DNA of 64,000 nt from Octopus vulgaris (GCA_951406725.2 OX597832.1:64356001-64420000), one strand, 5' to 3'. Shown: positions 12,307-28,631, numbered from the stretch's first letter. Translations and numbers: made by a program. The notes: a model not told the origin generated them from the sequence alone.

Positions 12307-12523
12307 CATTAGTCCCTTAAGTTTAGTATGAAGCATAACCGTTCGTAAACCCATTAGTCCATTAGCGTTTAAAAACCCTTGCGACTTACAGCAAAAAGCC
12401 TGAACAAATCACCATTATTGCCACGGCTTTCTTCCGCTGTAGTGGCCGTTAAGGTCTTCAAAGACTAATGGACTAATGTGTTTAGGAACACCGTGTTTTC
12501 TAAACTAAACACAGTGGACTAAT
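12307..12523. repeat. Old imperfect palindrome (MITE-like)
   Basis: cattagtcc..gttcgtaaacccattagtccattag pairs with ctaatggactaatgtgtttaggaac..ggactaat. Confidence 0.65.
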
Positions 12524-14115
12524 AAGGAGACATGAAATATCATTTATGAAACTGTGTAAAAATTAAAGCAGTCGTGTCATTTAATATAACGTATATGTGT
12601 GTGTGTACGTCCATGTGTGCGGGGTGGATCGGACGCGCGTGGCTGTTGCTCTGTGTAAATGGTTTCTATAAATGTTGGAGCAGAATTTGATGAGATAACG
12701 ACTTTCCAATTTAGGCACAAGATCAGTAATTTTGTGGGTAGTAGAAACCCAAAACTAGCACTTGGTCGATGCCTTATTTTAATCGATCCAGAAGTGAAGA
12801 AATACAAATTTGACACCGGCAGGAATTGAACTCCGGGCGTAAAGGGTCTGAATAAATGACAGAAAGCCTTTTGTCTAACTATTATGAAATTGCATGGCAC
12901 GAAAATAATTGCTTTAATTTAGGCTCAGGACCAGTAATTTTGATTGGTGAGGAATAGTCAATGTCAATGGACCCTAGTACTGGACGAGTACAATAATTTA
13001 GTGGGTGACAAAAAAGTAAAGCTGATCTTGGCTGAATTTGAACTTAGATCTTAAAGTGGCGAAACTACTAATAAAAATGAGATACTTTTGACTTGTTTAA
13101 ATAATTAATCTCAGTGCTTTGGGCTTTTTAATTGTACAAAATTATACGCACCTCCTAACGTACTATATTGCGCATGCCGCAGTGATGTTCCACTTATGTG
13201 TGGTGAAGTTTATGCTTCGCTAAAGAAGTCTAAAAAAAGCCTAAAACATATCCGTAGTTCTCTCCCTTTCTAAAAATTATTAAAACATCATCTGTTGATC
13301 TAAAATGTTCTATACTTCACCGCATGAATATATTCTGAAGAGATTGCTGAAGTTCACTGCATTCAATATGGCAACACTTGTTTTCCATGCGGAAGGTGTG
13401 TCTCTCATTACGTAATTCCAGCAATCTACTCATTTCTCTCCTAATAACAGTTCGCCCCTTTAAATAGTCTATAGTACTTCACTCTAGAAATTCCATTTGC
13501 AAATTTTAACAAACAAATCATGAATTCACAGAAAGACATCCGAGGGACAAAAAGACAGAAATCCGACTCCAAATGTATAAAAAGTTAACAAAATAAAATA
13601 AAATATAATAAAATAAAACAAGTTAAATATAATTAATTAAAAAAAATGACAATAATTAATTAAAAAAGGAAAAATAAATCAATATTTTAAATTAATTATT
13701 CGATTTAGCTATCGGGAAGAAATTAGAGTTTGAAATAAGCGTTTACTATAGATAAAATGATATAAATTTATATATTATATCTAGATACAGAGGAATTATG
13801 AATATAATATTATCTCGTTATGTACATCTAGCTATCTAACACATAAACACATATACAGACACACAAATATCTTTCCTTGTGTGTGTGTGTGTGTGTATTA
13901 TCTGTTCATACATGTATATATATACATATATATTTAAACTAACACATCTCTTCATAGATAGAGAAACATGCGTATATATAAATACATACACATACGTACA
14001 TGTATATGTGTGTGCGTATGTGTATGCACAAACGTTTGTATACGTTTATTCATACACATATATATATATGTATTTCTACACACACATTTACAGTTCTCTA
14101 TACATATATATATAT

Positions 14116-14171
<56 letters not shown>

Positions 14172-14587
14172 TAAATGCATACATACATACACATCTATAC
14201 ATACATGCACAAATGAACATACATATTTATATATACATACAAGCCTACATATACACAAATATATTGACAAGCAGCACACACATACGGCGTGTATACGTAA
14301 GAGTGATGTTTGTCATTTACATAATGCATCTGTATGGATGTACGATTCAAGATTTATGCCTCATAAGCATTCGATTGTGTAGAATTCATAATTACGGACA
14401 CATACACACATACACACATGTACATATGTATATTCTTATATGTATGCCTGGGTGCCTGTACATGTGACACAATACAGCAATATGTGTGTGTGTGTATATA
14501 TATATATATTTATAATTCCTTGTGTGCTTTATATATATGTATAATCTACACACACATATAAATATCAATACAGACATGTATACACAC

Positions 14588-14632
<45 letters not shown>

Positions 14633-14752
14633 CACACATACTTTCTATTTGTACACACATGTGTATTTACGTATTCTTATGCATTAATACACGTTCATAC
14701 ACTTTCATACGCATACATTCACAAACACTCACCTCACACACATATACATACG

Positions 14753-14793
<41 letters not shown>

Positions 14794-15253
14794 GCATATA
14801 TACACATATTTTCTATTCATACGCGCATCTATTTACGCATACATAAGTACACATACACAATCGCAAGCACACTCACACACACAAACATACACAATTCTTG
14901 CATACAACAAATACTATTAATTTAGGTTTTCAATCAGGACACAATTTGCAAACGTTACGCCGCATTGCCAACAGTGTATTTCCGTTTTCGCAGCCACACC
15001 GATTTCCTTGGAGATTTCATAGACACTTAGAGGTCCTGCATAAACATGAGATGCAACAAAAGGATATCAGACCAATGGAAGGTCGTTAGATGTATATTGG
15101 GGGGTAAGACTCGGTGGTGCAGTTTCCGCCTTTTGAAACGAATAAGAAACAAACCTTGTAGTGGCAATATAATTAAGATCAATATTAATTGGAAAACATA
15201 TATCTGACCTGGTTTCATATATGACCATATATCCTCTGTGTGTGTGTGGGTGT

Positions 15254-15326
<73 letters not shown>

Positions 15327-15683
15327 TGAGTGAGAGAGAGAGTGCGTGTATGTGTGCGTATATTTGTGTGTATGCAAATAAGAGTTTGCATGCATATGTT
15401 TTCTACACATATAAGTGTATATGTCTGTGTAGCTAGATATTATACATGTTTGTGTGTATGTGTGTGTGTGTGGGGGGGGGGGGCGTGTGCATGTATATGC
15501 TGATGTATAAATAAAATATCCCTCCCTCTCCCTTTTCGATTTATATATTTTTGCTCAAATGCATACATACACAAACATAAACACAAATTTATACACACAC
15601 AGACACGCACACACGCACGCACACACACACACACACATACACATTAACATATTATTTGATATATGTATTTTCTGAAAATTAAT

Positions 15684-15724
<41 letters not shown>

Positions 15725-16015
15725 ATGTATGTATACACCCTCGTATGAATATTTATGTATTTTGTGCTTGTGAGTGTGCATACATAACACGTATATATAC
15801 GTATGTCTGCGTGTATGGGTGTAATGATAATATGATAATATTGGTAATCATTACATAATATTCACATCAGTTGTAATACAAATTATTGCTAACTACGGTA
15901 AACATTTACCGTTTCTCTGGGGCTGGCCTATAATCGATAACTCTGACCTCTGTATTTCACTCTTAATTATTTGATCGATCCGGATAGGATAAAAGACAAA
16001 AATCATCCTTGCAGT

Positions 16016-16084
<69 letters not shown>

Positions 16085-16120
16085 GTGATAATAATAATAA
16101 TATTAATAATAATAATGATG

Positions 16121-16193
<73 letters not shown>

Positions 16194-16475
16194 TAATAAT
16201 AGGTTTAGGAAGATCAAGTATATATCACTTAACATGTACACGGTTTGTGGTTCAGAATAGTAACTATGAACACATGTTGCAGCGAAAACAGGGGTTGTCT
16301 CTATAGAATTGTGTCTTCTCTGACTCGAGCCAGACTTAGACATTCACGAACAGCAAAGACGATCTTAATGGCGTTGCTTAATATGCGTAATGAAAACGAA
16401 AATTAGCTGAGGTAAATAACCATCGTTGGGTTTATGTTGAATGAATAAGAGAGAAGTACTGAATACACACACACA

Positions 16476-16550
<75 letters not shown>

Positions 16551-17014
16551 TTCAGAGGAAATAAGTCTTTTTTTTTTACTGAAAATGAAATTTCTCTCGC
16601 GAAACGAGTTTCCCGAGACAAACTCTCCAACTGAGTATCAACAAAATATATGTGTGCGCGCGTGTGTGTGTGTATGTGTCTGTCTGTCTGTCTGTCTATC
16701 TCTCTATCTATATTTCTATTTAGTTCAAGAGATGATATTTGGAAAGTATATTTGTCTGTGAATTACACTCTCTTCTAGAAGCAGATTTATTTAATAAGTG
16801 AACCATCCATATATTCAGTAAAACACTTTTATGTTCTGTAACTATACTACTGTGTGTTTGTATATACACGAACAGTTTCTTGCTGTGAAGACACGTATCT
16901 AGGCATGTTTATATAAAAGGCCCTGTGTCTCCAAGCACTTTTATACGTATACACACACATATATATGCATAATTACGTATATGCACATGCACATATATAT
17001 GCATACATACACAA

Positions 17015-17045
<31 letters not shown>

Positions 17046-17129
17046 CATATACACTTACATACACACACATATAGATATGCATATATGCACATACATATAG
17101 ATATACATATATCTAGTTACATATACATA

Positions 17130-17174
<45 letters not shown>

Positions 17175-17417
17175 CATGCACATAACAAATATAGCGTATA
17201 ACATAGGTAATTACACAACTGTATACACGATAAGATAGTACTTATATATACACACTGTGCACCGTATATCTCCCTGCACCAAGTTATACAGCATTCACAC
17301 GCGCACGTATATACACTAAACTGTGCATCATACACAATGTATCCATCAACACATAAATATACATAGTGAAACATAGAGCTATATATACAGATATATTTGT
17401 ATATATGTTTTATCTGT

Positions 17418-17587
17418 CACTTGTTTCAGTCATTGGACTGCGACCATGCTGGGGCACCCCGTGTTGTCATCAGTTCGACAAAGTGACCCTTGTATTTTAT
17501 GCTGTTGGTTTTGCTTTTGCCGTTGGTTTACGGGGACTGAAACAGATGAACACTGGTTGTCATGAATGGTGCGTGCAAACACAACAC

Positions 17588-17675
<88 letters not shown>

Positions 17676-17756
17676 TCATCATCTGCTTCCGTAGACTTTC
17701 CGTTTAACAAGGACTCCGAAACCACATCGTTACAAAGCGAGATTCCTAACCACAAA

Positions 17757-17831
<75 letters not shown>

Positions 17832-17991
17832 CGCCGCGTGGCGCTGTGGTAAAAACGCTTGCTTCCGGCCTGTATGTTTCCGGGTTGACTCACTGCGTAA
17901 CACCTTGGAGCAAGTGTGTCTTGTTATAACCCGGAACCGATCAAAACCGTGTGAGTGGATTTAGTACACGGAAGCCGAAAGAAACCTATCG
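17418..17991. mobile_element. Two SINE family A copies head-to-head (17418-17760 minus; 17830-17991 plus, head only)
   Basis: cttgtttcagtcattggactgcgaccatgctggggcacc is the reversed tail; caccttggagcaagtgtg...gtgagtggattt is the plus head. Confidence 0.7.
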
Positions 17992-18658
17992 AATATATAT
18001 ATATATATATATATATATATGGGTGTGTGTGCGTATGTTAGTGTATATGTGTATACATGTATGTATATATGTATGCATGTGTGTATGCACACATATATAC
18101 ATATGTCTATGTGTGTGTGTATATGTATATATACTACATTATACAACTTAATTCTTATATACACTCCACATTGTACACGATAGACAGGAAAATAAGAAAA
18201 CAGACTCATTCAGTAAGAAAGTTGTTTTTCTCCAAGTTTGTTTCCGATCAATGCAACTTAATCTTTCAGATCGATAGTATGGTTACTACGCCTAATCAAT
18301 AAATGTATCGATCAATATCTTTTAATCTTCTTTGGGTTCATTTATCCTTATTCATTTGTCTTTATTCGACAGAGATCTTTGTATTCTTCTGTTAATCTAT
18401 TAATCCATATAAGACGTCAGTGATATGTCGAAATTACGCTACATTAATAATCCCTTTTTAGATTGAAAGTAATCTTGAAATTAAATTACGCTGCTGTTGT
18501 TGTTATTGTTGTTGTTGTCGGTGATGTCAATGATGGTGGTATAGATATTGATGATGATGATGATGTTTTATTAAAACAAGCAGATCATGCTTACTCATAC
18601 ATCGTATTAATACACTCGAGCATGATTCACTTATGCGCCGCACACATACTAACACCCA

Positions 18659-18720
<62 letters not shown>

Positions 18721-18899
18721 TTACTACTACTACTACTACAAATGATGATGACGATGATGGCGTCAACAATCTAGATGTATATACAAACATACAGACAACC
18801 GGTCCTTCATACATGAACGATGCTTTTGCATAGCATACGGTTTTGGACAAACACAGACGCACGCATATGTATATATATATATATACAGAATTACATATA

Positions 18900-18977
<78 letters not shown>

Positions 18978-19154
18978 CAGGGATGATGGTGCAAAAGTAG
19001 GTATACAGTTATGAAAAAAGAAAATACAGAATACTTTTTTATCAAATAAATTAAAAGTTACGATAAAAGTACTATTATAATTATAATAAATGTATTATTA
19101 TGATTAATGCCAATGAAAATATCAAATATGAGGCTATACTTTTGCACCACCCTG
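18978..19154. mobile_element. Tc1/mariner-type MITE
   Basis: TA|cagggatgatggtgcaaaagtag ... tatacttttgcaccaccctg|TA. Confidence 0.8.
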
Positions 19155-19399
19155 TATACACGCAAATATATACTTACATACACGCATATATGTGCATACA
19201 CATATATATAAATGTGTATATATATATGCATGAATTTAAATAGAGGTTAAAATCATGACCTTAAGGAATAGAAAATATTCAATGAGTTACTGGGTGTTAC
19301 CTATTATTTTGTTGTCTAAGTAAGAGGCTTAAGTAAAACACACCAGAAAATGGAGAAGTAGCGTTAATATAATTTATTAACTGCGAAAATTCAACATAT

Positions 19400-19479
19400 T
19401 CCTTTACAGCTGTTTCGATAGTGCCGATATAAAATTCCAGTAATGAAAACAATTTTGGGAGCAACATCTCGTCAGAGGA
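19400..19479 (-). ncRNA. Type I hammerhead with long stem II (orphan PLE-type 3' end)
   Basis: Minus: uccu CUGACGA gau-guugc...gcacu-auc GAAA C-agcu-G UA (a) agga. Palindromic CAGCUG stem III; stem I pairs if one extra A is bulged. Confidence 0.65.
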
Positions 19480-19519
19480 GTAAAAACAAAGTTAATAACT
19501 TATATCAACCCTGGAGATT

Positions 19520-20178
19520 TTGCATCTACAACAAGAGTCGGTCGCAATATGTAGGTAGGTTGAAGAAAATAACATGTAGTTTAATGCTGGAAAAGTCCGA
19601 GCCCTGTACGAGCAGCACGGAATGAAAAGCAGACAAGGTATACTGGCCTTGGAGGGATTGCAATCCCTGAATCAAAACCTGTGTGCGACCTGCGGATTGA
19701 CATACCCAGGTAATGATGCGTCTTTCCAGATGTATATTCCTAATTTGGTTGTCCGTAGAAATTTCAGAACGAGAGACTAGAAGACTATGATTGTCCTCTT
19801 GAGGACATTTTCCTCAGCCATTTAGACTACGTAACCACACAATGTAAAATAAATAACGGAATTTGAAGCATTGTAGCGAAGCTACACTAAGTAGAACATC
19901 TCAATGCGACATGCCGCTTACTGGGAGAGACTGAAGTGGAAAAGATATAGTGATATATAACTGAAAAATCGTAGAATTTGTAGCTAAATTTGACACCGTA
20001 AGTTATACAAACAGCAGAACGAGGCGCCACTGAATAATGCAAAAACCCAAATATTGTCATGAGGATACAGGACCAGATACTACAACAGGTTGTGTTTCAA
20101 AACCAAACTGTATCTCCTTCTGTGAAGAGTTCTGGGTGAACCTAATTCGCGGCAAGAAACGCAGATGAGGGGAGCAAT
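19520..20178 (+). mobile_element. Decayed 5'-truncated second copy of the CR1-group LINE (3' part of ORF2)
   Basis: Colinear with the reverse complement of ~960-1755 (e.g. aacatgtagtttaatgctgg, attgcaatccctgaatcaaa, gatacaggaccagatactacaacag, gaaacgcagatgagggg), with many internal deletions. Confidence 0.85.
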
Positions 20179-20767
20179 ATATATATATATATATATACAC
20201 AATTGGCAGGGTCGTTAGATCCTCAGACAGCAATTTGAACTGATTGTCATGATGTAACTGCGACTGCCTATATAGATATGTTAGTGAGTGTCTGGTCAGC
20301 TACTGCGCATGGTTTTTGTGTGAAAGTAATTGTCTATACGGAAAGCTTAACGGTATTCGTTCCACCACTCCGCACTTTAATTTACAAACTCGCCGGCGTC
20401 AAATACACGTTTCATTGAAATCGATTCAGATAACATAAACATCAATCCAAGACAGAAGATTAAGGTATTTCTCCGGTTCTTTGGTTTCTGAGTTCCACTC
20501 ATCACAGTCTCTTTAATCAGAAGCCTCAAACTATCACGCGGTTTATCCCAACTGCCCGGTACCATGAGAGCTTTTAATGCAGTCCACTTCTCAGTTGCAA
20601 TCATGTGAACCCAAGTCATCAGCTTGTGGACAGCTTCTTCTCTATGTCTCTCCCCATCCGACCAATTTCAGGGTGAGGTGTAATAGTTAATGGGTACTGA
20701 TTTGCCTCCTAGCAAAAAGAGAAGAACTTATAGGTACGTACTAAATACACACACACACGCACTCTAA

Positions 20768-20805
<38 letters not shown>

Positions 20806-21026
20806 TACACACACACGTATATTTACATAGAAAGGTATGTAAAAATTTAAATACATGCACCTTGGCAAACTTTGATTAAACGGAAAACAACTCATTCGCA
20901 CGTAATGCATCTTGTTTATTTCATACACATTCATCCTTTCACACACACGCTCACACACACACACACACATACACACAAAGTAATATACTCTCAGTATCAT
21001 ACTTACACACACGCACACGCACGCAC

Positions 21027-21073
<47 letters not shown>

Positions 21074-21193
21074 TTCAGTCACACACAGATAACCGCTTCA
21101 TCTCGCAGACGAAAGATCAGGCTTTGATGTCAATTTCCTGTTCTTTCCTGTTTTACCTCAAGGCATAAGAACTTGTCTACACTCACAAACATT

Positions 21194-21253
<60 letters not shown>

Positions 21254-21258
21254 CCTAC

Positions 21259-21334
<76 letters not shown>

Positions 21335-21453
21335 TTGTCTGTCTGTCTGCCTATCTGTATGTCTGTTCGCCTACCTACCTACCTACCTACCTACCTACCT
21401 ATTTATCAATATATCTTTCAATCTATTTGTCTGTCTGTCTCTATGTCTATCCG

Positions 21454-21514
<61 letters not shown>

Positions 21515-21537
21515 TTCTCTCCCTCGTCTCTCTCTCT

Positions 21538-21581
<44 letters not shown>

Positions 21582-22806
21582 TGAGAGGTATTGGTGTCAA
21601 GAAGACCCAAAGGTGTCAGGTAACACTAAGTAAGTGCCATGGACAGACCATAGTTCAGCTCCTGGTTCGATAATGATACGAATGAGGAGTCCAAAGTGGG
21701 TCATAAACAGGTAGACTGACACACATGTACACAAAGTTTTGTTATTGTGTGCATGTGATTAACTGACAGCGCTATGAACATGATTTCCTCATTGTAGTGT
21801 CATGTGATAAATAAAAAATACATTGTCATTAACAGCATATAATTATTACTAATAGAAACTTACAAAATCTGTCTTAATTTAATTATAATTTATTAAACAT
21901 TTTTATTTTAGAGATCATTATGTATTTTCTTAGTCGTCTATATATTCGCTATGAAATCTCATAAAATAGAAGTAACACAGTTATTATCCCCAAATTATTC
22001 GTTATAGGATGGTTAATCCCCAAGCCTTCTTATAAGGCGTATTTAATGTAAATGAATAAATTACAGACGAAGTTGATGTTGAGTTCTGAGGCATTGTTTT
22101 CTATATATTTTGTATTTTAACTTCCTCATGATGTAGTAACAAAACTAGAGACATCTAACTGGATGAGAGTTATCTCATTCTGGTTGACGGGGACATAGGT
22201 GCAGAGGGAATGGGACACGCAGCCATATATAAATTAATTGATTGTCTAGAATCATTATCTAGACTGTATGTAAATATCACCGTTTATCGCCTACATCAGG
22301 GACCTTCACCGGATGCAAAGGGGATATCTCACATATTCCATTCAAGCACAGGTTTCTTTTAAGCTTTTCAGTATTCAGTATTTTTCCAGTATTCTTTAAG
22401 CTTTCTATTATTATTTAAGTTTTTCAGTATTCAGTGGGAAACTGCCCACAGGATGTTTCTCATTAGTATAGAACGATGATTCCGGCCAAAGAATCATCCC
22501 TTATATGATAACATGGCCTGACAGTAACCCTAGGCTTTCAGAACATTACCACGTAGGAGGAAGCCATTTCCCTGTACCGTTATGAAAACGAGAGTAATAT
22601 AGCTCTCTTCTCTTCGAACTTTTGAATATTAAAGCTTTAGATAAAGCTTCACTTCTAACCGAAAAAGCTTATCGATCACTAATGAAACTATAAAAACACT
22701 TAAAACTATCGATATATTATTTTTGTACATAGAGAAGGAAATTAGTTGTGCTATAATAATTAACAAGAAATCTATACATTTAGTTGGATGTATGAATATG
22801 AGTATA

Positions 22807-23003
22807 TGGTGGGGTGGGGGCGAAATGCTCCTGGCTTTAAGGGTAACGCGAAAGGCCTGTTTGGAGGCACATTCTTCCAGTTTCTTTTATAGGGCTTAGA
22901 TAAAATGAAGGACCGATGGAATAAGTGTGTGAATCTGAGAGGGGAATATATTGAATAAAATCATAATTAACTGATCCTCCTATTTCATCCCCAGCCAGGA
23001 ACT
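22807..23003 (+). mobile_element. Internally deleted mariner remnant
   Basis: GLDKMKDRWNKCVNLRGEYIE* mariner C-terminus, bounded by degenerate ctcctggct / agccaggaact inverted ends. Confidence 0.7.
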
Positions 23004-23175
23004 AATATATATATATTAGACACACTGGATGCGTTTCCTTCCACAAATGCATGTATGTAGATATGTCCATATGTTTGTGTATATATATATATATATATAT
23101 ATATACTGCAGGAATGTAATTACGCACGTGCTAGTGGCGATTACTTTTCCTTCTTTGGACTTTTCCCCTTTCTTC

Positions 23176-23208
23176 TTTCTGACGAAGAGCTATGCTCGAA
23201 ACGTCAAA
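23176..23208 (+). ncRNA. Minimal type I hammerhead
   Basis: uuu CUGACGA a-gagc(uau)gcuc GAAA CG UC aaa. Core intact; ACGU palindromic stem III with no loop (dimer-type); 3-bp stem I. Confidence 0.6.
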
Positions 23209-23774
23209 CTCTCATTTTACCGAGTGTCAAGCTAATACATCTTGTGTACATCCTCTTGTTGTCCGTTAATTTTGTTCGTTTATTTGAATTCATTGTTTAT
23301 TTGAAACTGACCCTATGTGTGTATGTATAAGTGTGCGCGCGCGTCTTGTATAAATTATATAACATAGGTATGTATAACAGTAATGTTTTCTGTCGCTCTG
23401 TAAATCTACACAATCCGAAACACGAACGTAATTTCACCTCTAATAATCATACCTTGCAAAATGAAAGTAAAACGGTACAAATTGACTTTAATACGAATAC
23501 GCTGAGATACAACAATGTCGTTGCTGTTATTATTATCATCATCACCATCACCATCCTCCTCATCGTCTTTTGAATAGTCGTATTAGTTTTAATATATTTA
23601 TCAGCATTCTCTGTTCGTGTACAAGATAAAAAAATTACATTATGCATACATTTTTTTTGTTATTTTAAACAGATTTCCTTGTACGTTAAAGGAAACGAAA
23701 AACCTCGATTTCGGAATTAGCTTACAAAGTGATGTTTACATTATACATAAATACATACATACATACATATATAA

Positions 23775-23826
<52 letters not shown>

Positions 23827-23862
23827 GTGTGTGTGTATGTATGTATACACACACGCATATAT

Positions 23863-23908
<46 letters not shown>

Positions 23909-24281
23909 AGTGTGTGTGTGTGTGTGTTTGCTACTTTGCTGTTGATGTATTTTTGTTATCTCTTATTGTATTTTAATCCTGCTTACATTTGGATTAGTTT
24001 CCATACGAAAACATAATTATTGTTATTTGTATTATTACCATTGATATTATTTATACATCATTTTAGTAAGTACACATGCTTATCTACATATATCTAAATG
24101 ATTATGTCACGTATATGAACATATTATTTTGCACACACTCATGTACAGATAACCTCATTTCTGGTTTTCTTTAATTCCCTCCCCTCTTTCGTCGTCTACG
24201 CATGTATATATAACAATATATATATATGGACATACATATATTCACACACACGCACACAGAAACACACACACACACACACAC

Positions 24282-24326
<45 letters not shown>

Positions 24327-25255
24327 CAAACACACACAATATATATATATGAACATATACATATTCACATACACACACGCACACTCAGGACTATGTGTGT
24401 TCCTATGCATATAATCTGATTCCTAGTTTTCTATAAAATTTGCCTAGCACGGAATCATTTCCCATACCATGGCGTCCCCGCTCTCTTTTAATTTTGAATC
24501 ACTGCTTTGAAATCTTACGTGGTGTCCTCACTGCAATTAAAGAAAGGTTCACCTTTGCCTCGTATCTACTGTTGAATTTTTTCTTGTTATCGCATACTCG
24601 ATAGTAGTAGCAGTAGTAATATTAGTACTCTTCTACGGTGTTGTTATTTCTACTGCTGGTGTAGAGTGTTTTAGCTATGGCTGGCTTCGAGTATATACCA
24701 AACAAAAGCTGCAAAGAATGTTGTGATATATTATTTTTTATTTTATGTCCATATATACTACAGTTTATGAACAATAACGTCCGTTGGAAACCTATTTCGT
24801 TGTTACAGATACATCATGGAAAATCTTTAGCTTACTACATTACTGCTACGAAAAAAGACACGAGAACCATGTAGCTTGGCGCTGAACAAATCAGGAAACG
24901 AAGAAAAAGATTAGCATATCTTTATTCACCATGTACAACTGTTTTGGTACTACTTCGGAAAAAAAAACACGAAGTATTACTGAAACAATTATAATTGATA
25001 ATTGAAGATGTGCTAATCTCGTCCTCGTATTTCGATGATATATTACTCTTCAGAAAACCTACACAATGTATTTTCTAAACCAGTACAAATTCGATCCTTC
25101 TCGAGGCTATGGTTCGAGCGTGTAGATAGTTATGTGCTCAGATTGAGTGCTGCATCGAAAATATTCCGGTTTTATATCCAACAACACTCTATAATATATA
25201 TATGTGGGTGTTTGTGTGTGTGTGTGTGTGCGTGCATGTGTGTATAAAGAGTAAA

Positions 25256-25500
25256 GACTCCCTTCGGTCATGAAGGTAAGTTTTTTTTGTAGAAGACCAA
25301 CAGTCATGCCATGCATGCCAGCCTCCCCTCTCCATGCCACAAATGACGCCCAGGGGAAAGGCAAAAGCCGATACAGCTTGGCATTACGTCTGAACTCATT
25401 TCTACAGATGAGTGAACTGGAACAACGTGAAATAAAGTGTCTTGCTCAAGAATATAACACACAATTCAGTCAAGGAACCACAACCTCAGCCACCGAGACA
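25256..25500 (-). mobile_element. tRNA SINE: CORE-like block + tail R
   Basis: Minus: cttgagcaagacactttatttcacgttgttccagttcactc as in 56648, then gcctttcccctgg..ggagaggggaggctggcatgc..catgaccgaaggg. Confidence 0.65.
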
Positions 25501-25869
25501 CGCATTTTAACACGCACACACACACACATTTATACATAAGGTGAAGGCACGTGTCTTTGTTAGCATATTTGGACCACTATGATAAAGTCGTAAGTTTGAG
25601 ACCCGGCGGCGCATGCAATGGAGGTACACTCAAGGTTCATAAATATTATAAATGACATTTAATAATATCCTATTGATATGTGGGATGCGGAAACCTATGT
25701 CGCAATACATTAATAAAATCTAAAAATTCCCATCCACAAGTCGTTTTCTTTTATTACACTATCTATCTGTCTGTCTGTTTGTCTGTCTGTCTCCCGAGGA
25801 TCAAACTAATACGCCTGTTTTTCGTTCATACACCTTTTTTTCGTCTTTTGTTCTTCTATAAATTTCACC

Positions 25870-25928
<59 letters not shown>

Positions 25929-25937
25929 TGATACGAA

Positions 25938-26066
25938 GAAAGCCACAACTCTTGTGAAATAGAACTAGCCAGGTTTCCGCGGCCGAAACATTGATTTCTT
26001 TAACTAAAATTTATGTTTCGGCCACGAGACTCTGGGTAATTGTATTTCACAAGACTTGTGGTTTTC
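25938..26066. repeat. Short palindromic MITE-like element
   Basis: gaaagccacaactcttgtgaaatagaa...ggccgaaacat pairs with atgtttcggcc...ttgtatttcacaagacttgtggttttc. Confidence 0.8.
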
Positions 26067-26163
26067 ATTACAGCATTATCTTTATTGTCTTAGTGCGATT
26101 CTACTACATAATATGTGTGCGCGTGTGTGTATGTGTGTGAGTGTGTCGGTATGTCTGTGTGTA

Positions 26164-26203
<40 letters not shown>

Positions 26204-27212
26204 AGAGAGAGAGAGTGAGTGAGAGAGAGAGAGAGAGTGATAGAGGGAGAGAAAGAGAGGGAGAGTGTGTGTGTGTTGGAAATGAATGCATATTTCACTT
26301 CTGAAAACAAAATGAGTGAAAGAACCTCTACAATCGAAACATTTTCTTTTTCTGTTCTTTCGACGCTTAAAAGATTTATAAATATATCATTTAATACAAA
26401 ACCGAAACCAACTGAATGCAATCTATTAATCTTATTGGCGTTTGGGGATAAGGAAATAGACATTGCATCCTTGTTTTCAAGGGTTAAGATTATGCAAATT
26501 TCAACATGGATATGATTACCTTATGCTAAATGTTATGTTCGATACCTTGTTCTTAAATCTCTTCCTTTCATTCACGCTTTCCTCACCGATTCTCTTTTTC
26601 CTATGCCATTCTTCTTTCTTTCCCTCTTTTTCAATTTTATTTTGCTTTTCCTCGTTCACTGATTTCCCTAAGTTTTATATTTTCTCCGTGAATTTTTTAT
26701 TATAGTATATATCGGAATCGCCAACCTATTTTAGGTTCTCTTTGAAGAGACGGAAGTTGAAACATAATGGGCAGCTTGTATGGAAACAGCTAATATAATA
26801 TATATACATTATCTCTCTCTCTCTCACATACGCACGCACACACGCACACACACACGCACACACGCACACACACACACACCCACACACCCACATACATTCA
26901 TATTCTATTTTTGAAATTGAGTTCTTCAGCTGTGGATTTCTCCTGCATATATTATCCGTTTCTTCAAATGCACAAACTCTCTCTCTCCCTCTCTGTCAGT
27001 ATGTCTCTGTCTCTTTGTTTGTCTGTCTGTCTGTCGCTCTCTCACAAACACACAGGTATATAAGGGCTACCAAAATGCTGGCTACCAAAATTATTCACGA
27101 ATTGTTGTTCAGCATAGGGCTGTAGAAGAATCTACTTGCCCAAGACGACATGCAGTAGGACCAAAATGAAAATGATGTGGTTGCGAAGTGAATTTCTTAG
27201 CCAAACCGTCCG

Positions 27213-27273
<61 letters not shown>

Positions 27274-27316
27274 CTGTCTGTCTGTCTGTCTTTCTGTCTA
27301 TCTATCTATCTGTCTA

Positions 27317-27356
<40 letters not shown>

Positions 27357-27949
27357 CCTGTCTATCTGTCTGTCTGTCTGTCTATCCATACCCTGAATGG
27401 AGAAACTCTTTAAAAACACTCTCCATTATACCATACCAAAAGTCGTGCTTCTAGATATTCTTTTTTATGGATTACGTCAAATAATAATCACAACAACAAC
27501 AATAGCCACACAGCGAAAGCAACCGCACCAAAACCTGTTTAATTCCTGCATTGTGTATGACTTCTTAACGCAGCGTTTAGATTCTGCACAATACTAAAAG
27601 TCCTAATAAACAATCTTAAGATTGTGCTAGTTAATTCTGGCATTGAGTTAATTCTGTTTAAATCACTGTAATCTAGAAAATTCGGAGTCTTTTCAGAATC
27701 TGCAAGTCGACAGATTCTTTGCATCAATATATTTATGCAACTCCCAGTGTAATCAGAAATGCAAAGCGCATACGAAATTTATAGCTAAATTTAATGCGGT
27801 TCATTTAATTTCTCTTCTGCCACCATATTCTTTACAACACACACACACACGTACGTTTGGGTCTGTGTAAATATATGTATTTGCATAGGTGCACATATGT
27901 ACGTGTAACACGAGTATACATACATATATAAGCATATATACGTGTGTGT

Positions 27950-28207
<258 letters not shown>

Positions 28208-28631
28208 GCGGTTGTATATGAGTTATATAGCTCATAGATACGAATGCGTATAGAGATGCACATGTATTATCTCGCTCCTGGTGCGTATCTTAAACTTCGG
28301 CCACTCCAGAAAATGAATATTAAATTCACATTTCTAATAATTTCCAACCAAGATTTTCTATTTATAACGTTCAGTTTACACAGCACATATTGACTAAACA
28401 CAAATAGGCATGTAGAGACACATCACACACGCATATGTAGTATGCAAATGCGCACACGCATATTTTTTGACCAGATAACACAAGTGTAGTGAGAGAATAG
28501 ATGCCTCTTGCATTCGTTAGCAACAGATTCGTAATCTGCGTTAGTGACATAAGTGACGCTACTTCATAGTCACGCACTAAGCCAGGGGCGTATAGTGAAT
28601 TCTTTGATACTCTCTCCCTCTCCCCCGTCTC

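Noticed and set aside
14898-15089. QKDIRPMEGR resembling a transposase 'HQDI..ME.RY' motif
   Set aside because: Too short and degenerate to call without a profile search.
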